A stretch of DNA of 64,000 bases from an uncultured Chthonomonadaceae bacterium (GCA_963835065.1 CAWIEK010000042.1:1-64000), one strand, 5' to 3'; numbered from the stretch's first letter, positions 9,989 to 20,025 are shown. Numbers and translations are program-made. Notes: generated by a model from the letters alone, not told the origin.

Positions 9989-11524
9989 ATGGCTAAAGTG
10001 CTTATTCCGACCGCCTTGCAGCAGTTTGCGGGCGGCACGGACGAACTCGACGTACCCGGCGCAACCGTTCAGGAAGTGCTGAACGGTTTGAGCGCGCAAT
10101 ACCCCGATCTAAAGAAAAACCTGTTCAACGATAAAGGCGAACTGCGTCATTTCGTCAACGTGTACAAAGGCTCGGAAGACACCCGAACACTGGACGGCAT
10201 GAACACGCCCGTCAATGACACGGACGAACTCAGCATCGTGCCGAGCATCGCGGGTGGCACAGCCGTAGAGGAGGCAGGGGTCAGGATTCAGGGGTCAGGG
10301 CAGAACCTACTGCCCAACACTCAACACCCAACACCCAACACCCGCGCTGTAATCTCTGAGGAACGGGCGGATGCCGCGCAGTTAAGCAATGACGAAATTC
10401 TGCGCTACAGCCGTCACCTGATTTTGCCGGAAGTGAATCTGGAGGGGCAGAAGAAACTGAAGGCGGCGAAAGTGCTGCTTATCGGCACGGGCGGGTTGGG
10501 TTCTCCTCTTGCGCTGTATCTCGCGGCTGCGGGAGTGGGGACGCTGGGGCTGGTGGATTTTGACGTGGTGGACATGACCAACTTGCAGCGGCAGATCATT
10601 CACGGCACGAACGATGTGGGACGGCCCAAAGCGGTGTCGGCGACGGAAACCATCAAGGACATCAACCCTAACGTCAACGTGATAACCTTCGAGGAGCAAT
10701 TCACGTCCGAAAACGCCATGCGGATCGCCAAAGACTTTGATATTATCATTGACGGAACCGACAACTTTCCGACCCGCTACCTGACCAATGACGTGAGCGT
10801 ACTGCTTGGCAAGCCCAATGTGTACGGCTCCATTTTTCGATTTGAGGGGCAGTCGTCCGTGTTTTGGGCGGAAAAGGGGCCGTGCTATCGCTGCCTGTAC
10901 CCCGAACCGCCACCCCCCGGACTGGTTCCGTCCTGCGCCGAGGGTGGCGTATTGGGCGTGTTGCCGGGCATTGTCGGCTGCATCCAGGCCAACGAAGCCA
11001 TCAAACTGATTTTGGGTATCGGGCAGCCGCTCATCGGGCGTCTGCTGCTGTTCAACGCGCTAAAAATGACCTTCCGCGAACTGAAACTGAAAAAAGACCC
11101 GAACTGCCCCATTTGCGGCGACAACCCGACCATTCACGAGTTGATAGATTACGAGGAATTTTGCGGCATCCGGGGCGAGGAAGCGCCGCCGCAGGAGATT
11201 CAGCAGTCGGAAGAAATCACCGTGCAGGAATTAAAAGCCCGCATGGACAAGGGCGAAAAACTGACCGTTATTGATGTGCGCGAACCCTACGAGTTCAGCA
11301 TCGCCCGCATCCCCGGCACGAAGTTAATCCCGCTCGGCCAGATTGCCGAGCGCAGCGGCGAACTGAACCCGGACGAGGAGATCATTCTGCACTGCCGCAG
11401 CGGCAAGCGCAGCGCGGACGCCCTCAACCAACTGAAAGCCAAAGGCTTTCATAACCTGAAAAACCTGACCGGCGGCATCCTCGCGTGGAGCGACGACATA
11501 GACCCAACCGTCGCGAAATACTGA
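9989..11524 (+). CDS. moeB: Ubiquitin-like (MoaD/CysO) - MoeB/E1 adenylyltransferase - rhodanese fusion
   Basis: N-terminal beta-grasp domain ending SIVPSIAGG, then RYSRH, GTGGLG, CYRC/CPIC, PSCAEGG and rhodanese HCRSGKRS. Confidence 0.92.
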   Translation: MAKVLIPTALQQFAGGTDELDVPGATVQEVLNGLSAQYPDLKKNLFNDKGELRHFVNVYKGSEDTRTLDGMNTPVNDTDELSIVPSIAGGTAVEEAGVRIQGSGQNLLPNTQHPTPNTRAVISEERADAAQLSNDEILRYSRHLILPEVNLEGQKKLKAAKVLLIGTGGLGSPLALYLAAAGVGTLGLVDFDVVDMTNLQRQIIHGTNDVGRPKAVSATETIKDINPNVNVITFEEQFTSENAMRIAKDFDIIIDGTDNFPTRYLTNDVSVLLGKPNVYGSIFRFEGQSSVFWAEKGPCYRCLYPEPPPPGLVPSCAEGGVLGVLPGIVGCIQANEAIKLILGIGQPLIGRLLLFNALKMTFRELKLKKDPNCPICGDNPTIHELIDYEEFCGIRGEEAPPQEIQQSEEITVQELKARMDKGEKLTVIDVREPYEFSIARIPGTKLIPLGQIAERSGELNPDEEIILHCRSGKRSADALNQLKAKGFHNLKNLTGGILAWSDDIDPTVAKY

Positions 11525-11527
11525 GAA

Positions 11528-11859
11528 AATGAACCACCCGCTACGCTAGAGACACAGAGGAAGAGGGGGAGATATAGAAACCGCGAAACACACGAACTAA
11601 ACGAAAAGAAAATGCAAAAAGAACAAAAGGAAATAGACAGGATTAAAAGGATTAGAAGGATTGAACAGGATTACACAAGAGAAGGACTAATTCTCTGCTG
11701 TTCTTATCCGTGTCCATCCGTTTTATCCGTTACCTCCGTGGTTTGGCCTTTTGTATTTTCTTTTTTCGTCTTGGTTCGTGTATTTCGCGGTTCCCTATCT
11801 CCTTGTCTCCCCCTCTGTATTCCCTCTCTGTGTCTCTAGCCGCAGGCGGGTGGTTCATT
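11528..11859. repeat. Nested (three-layer) inverted repeat element between convergent genes
   Basis: Outer arms AATGAACCACCCGC..CTAGAGACACAGAG; middle arms AACCGCGAAACACACGAAC..ACGAAAA (11579-11607 vs 11763-11792); inner 9-mer GGATT/ATCCG tandem arrays. Confidence 0.8.
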
Positions 11860-13105
11860 CAGCATTTCCTGCGCGGAGGAGTTGTTCGGCGGGCGTGGAT
11901 TCGACGGGCAGGCCGGGGCGCAGGAGTTGGTTGGCGGGCGTGGAGGGCTGAGAAGCGCGTAACAGGATGGCGGGCGCTTGTTCCTGCTCACGCCGGGCAA
12001 GCAGGACGGGCAGGACACGGGCGGCTTCCTCGCGCACGGCGGGCATGGTGGCATGGGTGGCAAGACGAGCCACTTTGTCGGCCACGCTGCCGGTTCCCAC
12101 CCATTCCAGCGCGCCTAAGATCGCAAAGTCCATGTCCGGGTCATGCCCCCGGCCCAGCGCGTCCATCAGCTTGCTTTTCGCGCCGAAGGGCAGCCGCTCC
12201 GCATCTTCGGCATTGACGCGAGACAGCAGAAAGCGGAGGGCGCGGCGGGCAGGACGCGGCGACATGCGGTTGTAGCCGAATGCGCCCTCAATGAGAGCAG
12301 GCAGAAACGCTTTGTCGCCGGCCAGCCGCAGCCCTTCCGCCGCCAGCATGGCAATGGCATTGCGCTCCGAGGCTTCGCGCATCGCCCGGTACGGCAGGAT
12401 AGCGAACAATGCCGCCGTAAACCACAGCGCCGCGCCCATAAGCGCCAGCATAAACAGCGCCGCGATTGCCATCAGCGGATCACCCGTCATTAGCAGCCAC
12501 GTCAGCGCGCCGCCTACGACCAGCGTTGCCGCCCCGCGAATGGAATACAGCAGGGGGCGATCCCATCGCGGCGGAGGCGCGGGCAAGCCCGCCAGCGCGA
12601 TAGACACCAGCGTTCCGGCGGCCTGCGGGGTTTGCAGCCTGCCGATAAGTTCCACCAGACGCTTCATGCCACTGAACGGCCAATCGCCGCTGTGCGTGAG
12701 AACGGCATTCAGGGCAGGCAAGGCGGCAGGTCCATACGCCAGCAGGATATTGGCCGCAGCCTGCTGAATGGCGGGTTCGGGATCGAGAACGGCGTTGGCA
12801 AGGGCGGGCAGGGCATGTCCGGCTCCGATTTGCCCCAGGGCGTGAACGGCAGCCAAACGCGCGTGTGCCCACTTCCTGCGCCGTATCCGGGAAGACAGGC
12901 GACCGGGCGGCGGAAGCATCGCGCTCAAAAACGGCGCGGCGGACAGGTCGCGCTTTTCCCCGGCGCGCAGGGCAAGAAACTGGCACGATTGCGGATGCGA
13001 GTTCGCCAGGGCGGCGCGCAATCCCTGCGCGAGGTCGGTTTCCCCGGCCACATCAAGAATACTGGAACGCGGCAGCGCCGCCAGGTTGGTATTTTCACTA
13101 TCCAT
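11855..13105 (-). CDS. HEAT-repeat membrane protein with triple LLR C-terminal tail
   Basis: ARLAAVHALGQIG..ALPAL..DPEPAIQQAAA HEAT-PBS repeats, two hydrophobic helices, tail ILLRASQPSTPANQLLRP..TPAEQLLRAG. Start uncertain. Confidence 0.8.
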   Translation of the reverse strand: MDSENTNLAALPRSSILDVAGETDLAQGLRAALANSHPQSCQFLALRAGEKRDLSAAPFLSAMLPPPGRLSSRIRRRKWAHARLAAVHALGQIGAGHALPALANAVLDPEPAIQQAAANILLAYGPAALPALNAVLTHSGDWPFSGMKRLVELIGRLQTPQAAGTLVSIALAGLPAPPPRWDRPLLYSIRGAATLVVGGALTWLLMTGDPLMAIAALFMLALMGAALWFTAALFAILPYRAMREASERNAIAMLAAEGLRLAGDKAFLPALIEGAFGYNRMSPRPARRALRFLLSRVNAEDAERLPFGAKSKLMDALGRGHDPDMDFAILGALEWVGTGSVADKVARLATHATMPAVREEAARVLPVLLARREQEQAPAILLRASQPSTPANQLLRPGLPVESTPAEQLLRAGNAE

Positions 13106-13247
13106 GCGCTGATATTCGGCAGTCACAACAAATTTCCTGCAAACGAATTGGAAACCGACACGGTTCAAAAGGGTTTGCAGGGGCGCTGCTTGCTGCGCCT
13201 TGCATACCCTGTTGCGCCTTGCCTACCTTATTTGAACCCTCTAATTG

Positions 13248-14736
13248 TCAAAAGCGTTTGATGCAGGCGACTTCGGGGGCGGTGAAGACAAATCCCAGTT
13301 TACGGTTGATGGCAAGCATCGCCGCATTGTCCTCGTGATTCTCGGTTTCCATCTGGGCAATCCCCCGTTTATGCGCTTCCATAAGACATTGTACCTTCAA
13401 TGCCGTCGCAATCCCGCGTCCTCGCCACAGGGGATGAACGCCGGTGAAATACCATTCCAGCCCGGTTACAACGCCAATCCACGTATTCTCCGGCAAAGCA
13501 ACAGCAAGAAAGATTGTTGCCGGGTCGCGCTTATGGAAGTCCTGCTCCCACGTCTCGAAAAGTTCAGGGATATACGGTTCGACTTCGCGGAAGGGCTGAG
13601 TGGCGCGGGCGAGTTGTTCCAATTCGTAGAGATTACGACGATTCTGGGCGTTGTCGCCTATCTCAGCATACGTTTGCAGCCGAATGTTTTGCGCGCGCAT
13701 CCTTTCGAGCGCGGGCGCAAAGCCGGTTGGGTCAAATTTGGTGAGATCAAGCGAGGACGGATAGAACCGTTCAAGCAATTCAAAGCCGCGCTTCTTGAGA
13801 AACGTGGCCGCCGGCGCATCTTCCGTCTCGTTCGTCTCGTTGTAGGCAGTGTAAAGCAGGCGCGCGCCTTTGCGGCAGGCAAACGCTTCCGCCTGGACAT
13901 AAAGCGCGCCGCCAATCCCCTGACGCCGATGTTGGGGCGCGACATTCAGCGCGAAATGCCATTGCCCCGGCCTTCGCGTGGGATAGGGAATGCCTGCGTC
14001 CATCAATCTGCAAGTGTCCCGCAATCTCCCCGGTTGCCGCGCATACGGCGACAAGATGCAGGGACGCTTCCGGTCCTTTTGCATGCCAGCCGTCAATGAC
14101 ATGCATCCCTAACGCGCTTGCCGCTTCGCGGTCTTCCTCACGATACGCGCGAAGCGTGTAGGGCGCGGAGGGGCTATGCAGAATAGCGGCTATGCTGTTG
14201 TTGTCCAGAACCGTGACAACGCCGTCGCCGGCAGGCTGCCCGTCAACAGGAAGCGCTTCAAAAATCCGATAGCCCAATCTCCGCTGCAGATTTATGGAAC
14301 GCCGGTTCTTTCCGCCAGTTCCGCCGACCAGTCGCGGCAGTTTGAGTTCCGCAAAGGCATAGCGGATCATCGCCTGACTCGCTTCAAAAGCGTACCCCTG
14401 TCCCCAAAACGGTTTCCCGAAAGCAAAACTCAGTTCGACCTCAACGGGGTTGAAGCGCGGGCAGGGTTCTTCCTGCCATCGGTAAAAATAGTTGTGAAAA
14501 GGGTAAAGGCGTACCTGTCCGACAAACGTTCCGCTGTCCTTAAGTACCACCGCCCGCTTTGTCCAGGGTGTATGCCCCATAAGAACGGCAAGCTGCGCGT
14601 CGGCGGCGGTTTGCTCCCATGTTCGTGGCCCCCAAACCTCGCCACTGGAATACACCTCACGATGCAGAGCCTCCACATCGTCAGTGGTAAAACTGCGAAC
14701 AAACAGCCGCTCCGTTTCGATAGTTTTCCAGGCCAC
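13248..14736 (-). CDS. Multi-domain GNAT acetyltransferase (RimJ-like plus two GNAT domains), frameshift near 14000
   Basis: IETERL..FWGQGYAFEA..NRRSINL..RLGY; VAPQHRRQGIG; TGVHPLWRGRGIATALK..NAAMLAINRKLGF. Confidence 0.8.
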
Positions 14737-15125
14737 AGTAATTTCCTCTTCTCTCCCGCCCTCCTGCCATCAGGGGAGCCGCGATATGTACGCCTGTGTC
14801 GTGTTCAGCAACAGAATTGGTAAAGAAGAGCAGAGGCAAAGGGCGTCAAGAAACCCGTTCGTTAATCTATGCCAACTCACGTGCCACATGAAATGAATCT
14901 ACACGCTATGCGAACAAAGCAAGAGTGGTGGCAGGAAGCAACAGGAAGCAATGCAAGAAATCTGAGGAAACCAGGGGAAGGAGAAGAAAACGCGGCGGCG
15001 CGGCCACGCAGCAACAAGGCAGTTGTTGAAGCATCCGGCAGGTTCAACGGCATCTGAAAGGGATTGTTCCCCACTCGCCGCTCAACCGGAACCCCAACAC
15101 CAAATACCGAATACCGAACACCAAA

Positions 15126-15614
15126 TCAGTTGTTAATGCTCTGGTCTGCCGGAGCGACTTCGGAAACAGGCTCGGTGGACACGCCGAGTTTTTTCAGGCG
15201 GCGCTCCCATCGCTTGTGGATCACGTTGCGCACTTCGCGGCCCATGAGAATGATGCGTCCGCTGTGTCCGTGCGTGGGCGTACCCGTAATGAAGTGGTAG
15301 ATCACTTCGTCGTCGCCGATTTCGCGCTGCACGAAACTGATGTTTTCCGAAGCGCGATGCCCCCACCAGCCGTAGAACAGGGCGTCCAGATCGAAGAGCG
15401 TGTTGACGGGCTTGATGACCTCGTACCGCGCCACCACTTCCGTTTCTTCGGAAAGGAACATGCCGCGCCCTACCAGCCCGAACTTGCGGCTGATACGCAT
15501 GATGTCCTTCTCGAAAATGGACAGGTCTTCGGCGATGCCGTTTTGATTGTTGACGCTGTTGAGCCACCGTTCGCCGTAACGCTCAACCAGCAACGCTTTG
15601 ATGTCTTCCAGCAT
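15126..15614 (-). CDS. Hypothetical protein
   Basis: 162-aa ORF with protein-like composition and host-like codon usage; no family recognised. Confidence 0.7.
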   Translation of the reverse strand: MLEDIKALLVERYGERWLNSVNNQNGIAEDLSIFEKDIMRISRKFGLVGRGMFLSEETEVVARYEVIKPVNTLFDLDALFYGWWGHRASENISFVQREIGDDEVIYHFITGTPTHGHSGRIILMGREVRNVIHKRWERRLKKLGVSTEPVSEVAPADQSINN

Positions 15615-15761
15615 GGCAGTGTTCCGTTTCCGATGTGTAAACCGGGCCGTCGCTCGCGGTCACGCTTTGCGCAATGTCCTCCGACCTGTGTTGAGCGTAC
15701 GGTTGTGAAGAGAAGAAGCGGGTTTGTTTTCTCATCGAGTCGCTCCCCGTAAAGCGACTTG

Positions 15762-15845
15762 TAGGCATTAGGCATCAGGCATTAGGCATTAGATAAAGGG
15801 CCAGGGAACAAGTTCAATACCCTAATGCCTAATGCCTGATGCCTA
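15762..15845. repeat. Hairpin of inverted AGGCATT heptamer arrays
   Basis: TAGGCATTAGGCATCAGGCATTAGGCATTAG ... CTAATGCCTAATGCCTGATGCCTA. Confidence 0.9.
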
Positions 15846-17006
15846 TCAAGGCATCCAATCCGCAATAAACAGATTGGTTTCGTGCGGCACGCTGCCGTGC
15901 CGGTTGGAGGCCCATACCAGTTTTTTGCCGTCCGGGCTGAAATTGGGGAAGCCGTCGAACTGGCCTCCGTAGGTTATCTGCTCCGGGACGCTGTTGTTCA
16001 AGGGCTTGCCGTCCGGCCCGTCAATCCGAATAATGTACACGTCGAAAGCGCGGCGTTTGGCGTCACCCCGATTGGACGCATAAATCAGCCCGTGTCCGTC
16101 CGGCGTCCAGCTTGGCGCGAAACTGGCGATATTGGCGGCCCGCTCATCCGTCACGCGCCGCCTGCCACCCCCGTCCGCGTTCATCACGTACAAGTCCAGC
16201 GTGGTGGGCCGGATCAAATGCCGCTTGAGCAGGTTCAGATAATCGGCTTTTTCGGTTTCAGTGACGGGATGGTAAGCGCGGTAGCAGATGCGCTTGCCAT
16301 CCGGCGACCACCAGGGTCCGCCGTCGTAGCCCAGATCATGCGTCAACTGTTTGGCATGGCTGCCGTCCGCGTTCATCACCCAGATATCTAAATCGCCACC
16401 CCGGTCACTGGTGAACACCACTTTTTTGCCATCCGGCGACAGCACGCTTTCTGCATTATAGCCGGGTTCTTCGTTTTTCTTTAGTTTGGCGGGAAACAGC
16501 GGTTTCACGTCGCTGCCGTCCGCGTTCGCCGTATAAATGCGGTATGTCGGATACACCGGCCATACGTAGCCGAGCGAGTTGTCGGGCCTGGGCGGGCAGG
16601 CCGGGTCGGAAGCGTGCGTGGAGGAAAACAACACGCGCTTGCCGTCCGCCATCCACCAGCCGCAGGTGGTGCGCCCCGTGCCGGTGCTGACCAGATGCGC
16701 GTTCCCGCTGTCAATATCCATGACGTATTCCTGATCACATTCGTGACCCTCGCGCTGCGATTGGAATACCAGCCGTTTGCCGTCAGGACTAAAATAGGCT
16801 TCGGCGTTTTCGCCGCCAAAGGTTAGCTGCCGAACATTTGCCAGATGCGTTTCGCGCGTCTCATGCAGTTCGGCAAGGGGCGCGTTATTGCTCTGCAAGG
16901 GGAACGGGGTATGGGCAACGGCCTGCGCGGACAGCCATCCACAGGCTGCAATCAGGGCTGCGCCGACAATACAGCGCGTGTAGCGAATCGAATCCAGACG
17001 GCGCAT
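15846..17006 (-). CDS. TolB-like PD40 beta-propeller secreted protein
   Basis: QLTFGGENAEAYFSPDG, GYDGGPWWSPDG, FDGFPNFSPDG..NLFIADW; AAGGAG RBS before ATG at 17006. Confidence 0.9.
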   Translation of the reverse strand: MRRLDSIRYTRCIVGAALIAACGWLSAQAVAHTPFPLQSNNAPLAELHETRETHLANVRQLTFGGENAEAYFSPDGKRLVFQSQREGHECDQEYVMDIDSGNAHLVSTGTGRTTCGWWMADGKRVLFSSTHASDPACPPRPDNSLGYVWPVYPTYRIYTANADGSDVKPLFPAKLKKNEEPGYNAESVLSPDGKKVVFTSDRGGDLDIWVMNADGSHAKQLTHDLGYDGGPWWSPDGKRICYRAYHPVTETEKADYLNLLKRHLIRPTTLDLYVMNADGGGRRRVTDERAANIASFAPSWTPDGHGLIYASNRGDAKRRAFDVYIIRIDGPDGKPLNNSVPEQITYGGQFDGFPNFSPDGKKLVWASNRHGSVPHETNLFIADWMP

Positions 17007-17413
17007 AAGGCTCCTTCGGAAACTTGGTTTTGGCATTGGGAAAGACAGATAATGAGAGTGGACTTTCCGGGCAGTCTTAAGCAGCGCGGCGGCGCGCTTG
17101 CAGGAGTTCGGAACAAACAAATCGGCGGCAAGGCCAACATTGGCAAGGTCGGAGGCGTCGAAACCACCGGGGCGCGGCTGCGCCGAGGCGCGGCAGCCAC
17201 AATATTCATCGAAGGGGGCAAAACATAAATACAAAGCGTGTTGAATGTCACGCCGGCCCGGCGAAGACGACAACATTTTCAACCTTTCAACCATATTAGC
17301 ATAAAACCGCCTACACCGCAAGGGGTAGAACAATATTTTACAGTGTAATTTGCCGTCTTTGCCATCTAACAGGTCTTATGGCTGCTGTGGTTTGCCTGTC
17401 TGAGTTCGCGCTG

Positions 17414-18034
17414 CTAATGCATGCTTGTAAATTGCGAGAGCATCTGCCTGATTTCAACTTTTCGCTCCTCTGCGCTATCGTACTCCGCAGGCTGCTGTGC
17501 GTAGTCGAACGCATTTTTGCCGCTCGTATCGCGGATCGTCGGGTTTGCGCCACGCGCCAGAAGGAGGCGAACAGCATCAGGATGTGCCCGCTTCACCATC
17601 AAATGCAAAGCCGTATGTCCTTGCGGGGATAGCGCATCCACATTAGCGCCGTGATCCAGCAGCAATGTCATACATTCCAAAACGTCTTTGTTTCGGGAGG
17701 GCAGGCAGATGCTATCCTCCGCTTCATCGATCATTTCCTGCGCCGCTTCCAGCAACGCAGGTTCGCCTGAAAGCCAATTACCTTCATCATCCATCGTATT
17801 GTATTGATTGATAATGTTCGGATCGCCTCCATGCACCAACAGGACACGCAGGATTTCCGGCGCTGCATGGCGCGCAGCGTGTAGAACCGGAGGAAATATC
17901 CATTCACCGTTCGTGTTCACGTCTGCTCCCAGGCGCAGCATCTTCAAAACTTGGGACGTGTCTTCTTGCTGGATAGCGTTGCTTAATGCTTTCTGCCGTT
18001 GCACAGTGGCTGCACGTTCGGCTTCGGTACTCAT
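17414..18034 (-). CDS. Ankyrin repeat protein
   Basis: LRLGADVN, LLDHGANVDA..GHTALHL, LLARGANPTIRDTSGKNAFDYA. Confidence 0.85.
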   Translation of the reverse strand: MSTEAERAATVQRQKALSNAIQQEDTSQVLKMLRLGADVNTNGEWIFPPVLHAARHAAPEILRVLLVHGGDPNIINQYNTMDDEGNWLSGEPALLEAAQEMIDEAEDSICLPSRNKDVLECMTLLLDHGANVDALSPQGHTALHLMVKRAHPDAVRLLLARGANPTIRDTSGKNAFDYAQQPAEYDSAEERKVEIRQMLSQFTSMH

Positions 18035-18046
18035 CAGTTTCTTCCT

Positions 18047-18262
18047 TTAGGCCGCAACGGGAACGTTCTCCGCGAATATCGAAGGTTCTGGAATAGGGTC
18101 GCCATCACGGCGCATTAAATCCAAGTGCAGGCGCATAGCTTCGCGCATAATTTGCTTAGTCTCTTCCAAGGTATCTCCGGTGGCGATGCAACCCGGCAAG
18201 TCCGGCACATACGCAGAAAAATTGCTGCCCGCCCGCTCATAGATCACTGTGTATTCCTTCAT
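18047..18262 (-). CDS. hicB: HicB family antitoxin
   Basis: YTVIYE..FSAYVPDLPGCIATGDTLEE..DGDPIPEP. Confidence 0.92.
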   Translation of the reverse strand: MKEYTVIYERAGSNFSAYVPDLPGCIATGDTLEETKQIMREAMRLHLDLMRRDGDPIPEPSIFAENVPVAA

Positions 18263-18297
18263 GGTTATTCTCCTTCTTCCGGCTCTACGCGCCAACC

Positions 18298-18486
18298 CTA
18301 CCATCCGGCCTGTCGCTTGATGTTGGCATACGTGCCGGGCGCAATGTCATGGCTGGGTTTGCCTGAAACAGTGACTTTTCCCGGCTTGGTCGGATGTTTG
18401 AATTGACGATGACTTCCTTCAACGTTGACGAGTTCCCACCCATCTTCTTTTAGGCGTTCTAAAACGTCTTTAACCTTCACCGGCAT
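18298..18486 (-). CDS. hicA: HicA family toxin
   Basis: LKEDGW..GSHRQFKHPTKPGKVTV..GTYANIKRQAG. Confidence 0.93.
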   Translation of the reverse strand: MPVKVKDVLERLKEDGWELVNVEGSHRQFKHPTKPGKVTVSGKPSHDIAPGTYANIKRQAGW

Positions 18487-18521
18487 GTGTCTGCCTCATA
18501 TCCAAATTTAGAATTGGTAGC

Positions 18522-18550
18522 AGTATACAAACAATTTCTCCTGCTGTCAA
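18522..18550 (-). promoter_or_regulatory. sigma70 promoter of hicAB
   Basis: TTGACA-17 nt-TATACT upstream of hicA. Confidence 0.7.
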
Positions 18551-18656
18551 CGCGCAATACAGGGAAAACGCGCTGCCATTGCGAATGTTACTTTCGCAGG
18601 ATTGCGGTGTCAATTTAACCGACAACATTTTGCATAATTTAGAAGGGAAATGATTC

Positions 18657-19765
18657 ATGCTGAGTTTGAGGTTTATGCGCCGGGTATTGATGGGAGTGAT
18701 AGCAGGCGCGTGGTGCGCAAGCGTGGCAAACGCGCAGATTCCTGAAGATTTGGCGCGCAAGAAGGATTTCACCGCGCTGCGCTCGTCCAGCACGGACCCG
18801 AAGGGCGGCAACGCCGACATGCGCCGCGTCCCTGCCGGGGAAACGTTTACGGTGGCGGACGTGAAAGGCGCGGGCTGTTTCACGCATCTGTGGTTTACCA
18901 TTGCGTCACCCTCGCCGGACCACCTGCGCGAATTGACGCTGCGCATCTATTGGGACGACGCCAAAACGCCCGCCGTCGAATGTCCCATTGGCGATTTTTT
19001 CGCGCTCGGCCATGCGAAATACGTGGAGTTTGCCAGCGCCGCCGTCAGCATCGGGGCGCACAAGGGATTGAACTGCTACTGGCCCATGCCCTTCAAGAAA
19101 CACGCGCTTATCACCGTTACCAACGAGGGCGGCAAGCCGGTTGACTCGCTGTACTACAATCTGGATTATCGCCTGGACAAGCGCGTTCCCCGTGACGCCC
19201 GCTATTTCCATGCGCAGTACCGCACCTACTTTCCCGCGCCCGTCGGCAAGGATTTGACGATTTGCGATGTGAAGGGAGCCGGTCATTATGTCGGCACGTT
19301 TATCTCGGTGATGGCGAATTCCGACGGCTGGTGGGGCGAGGGCGACGACAATTTCACGGTTGACGGCGAAGAAAAGCCCAGCATCAGCGGAACCGGCAGC
19401 GAGGATTATTTCTGCGGCGGCTGGGATTTCGGGCGCGCGTTCTGGTCGCCGTTCTTCGGCGTTCCGTATTACGACAATGCCGAAAAGGGCGGCGAAAAGC
19501 GCGGCATCCTCAATACCTGCTATCGCTGGCATATTCAGGACCCTATTCCGTTCCAAGAAATCGCTCGTCTTCACGCTGGAACACGGCAAGCAGGGCTTTG
19601 ACCGAGACCGCAAGCCTTTCACCAACCACTACACCACTGTCGGATACTACTACGTAGACCATGCCGAAGGCGACAGCTCCCGCTATCCCCGCCTACAAAG
19701 ACCGCGTCCCGACCCTGATTCCGCTGCCGACGGAGGAAAAGAAGACAGAAGACAAGAAGCCCTAG
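18657..19765 (+). CDS. DUF2961 (GH172-like) secreted glycoside hydrolase, frameshifts near 19555 and 19680
   Basis: GAGCFTHLWFT, LRIYWD..PAVECPIGDFF, NCYWPMPF, WWGEGD, GTGSEDYF, YRWHIQDPIPF, then LEHG in the next frame. Confidence 0.88.
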
Positions 19766-19846
19766 CCACTTCCGTTAAAAGGGAATTAGCCGCGAATGAA
19801 CGCGAATATACCCATACATTATCAATCCATGAGTTTGCGCGTTGTG

Positions 19847-19978
19847 GCGACGGGCTGAACCCCTTCGCTGTATGGCGTTCCGCCGACTGTCCTTCGGACA
19901 GAAACCCTCTCATAAAGAATGTCGTGTCCGAAGGACACTTGGCCGCAGGCCATACAGCGAAGGGGTTCAGCCCGTCGC
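19847..19978. repeat. REP-doublet (REPIN-like) inverted repeat
   Basis: GCGACGGGCTGAACCCCTTCGCTGTATGGC..TGTCCTTCGGACA and its inverse TGTCCGAAGGACA..GCCATACAGCGAAGGGGTTCAGCCCGTCGC; each arm has its own short palindromes. Confidence 0.8.
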
Positions 19979-20025
19979 GCAAAATGAGTTCCGATTCTAT
20001 TCCTACCATGATAAGGAAACAACGT

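Noticed and set aside
19360..20025. N-terminal 222 aa of the 793-aa ORF
   Set aside because: It comprises the frameshifted DUF2961 tail and REP DNA; the signal peptide starts at 20026.
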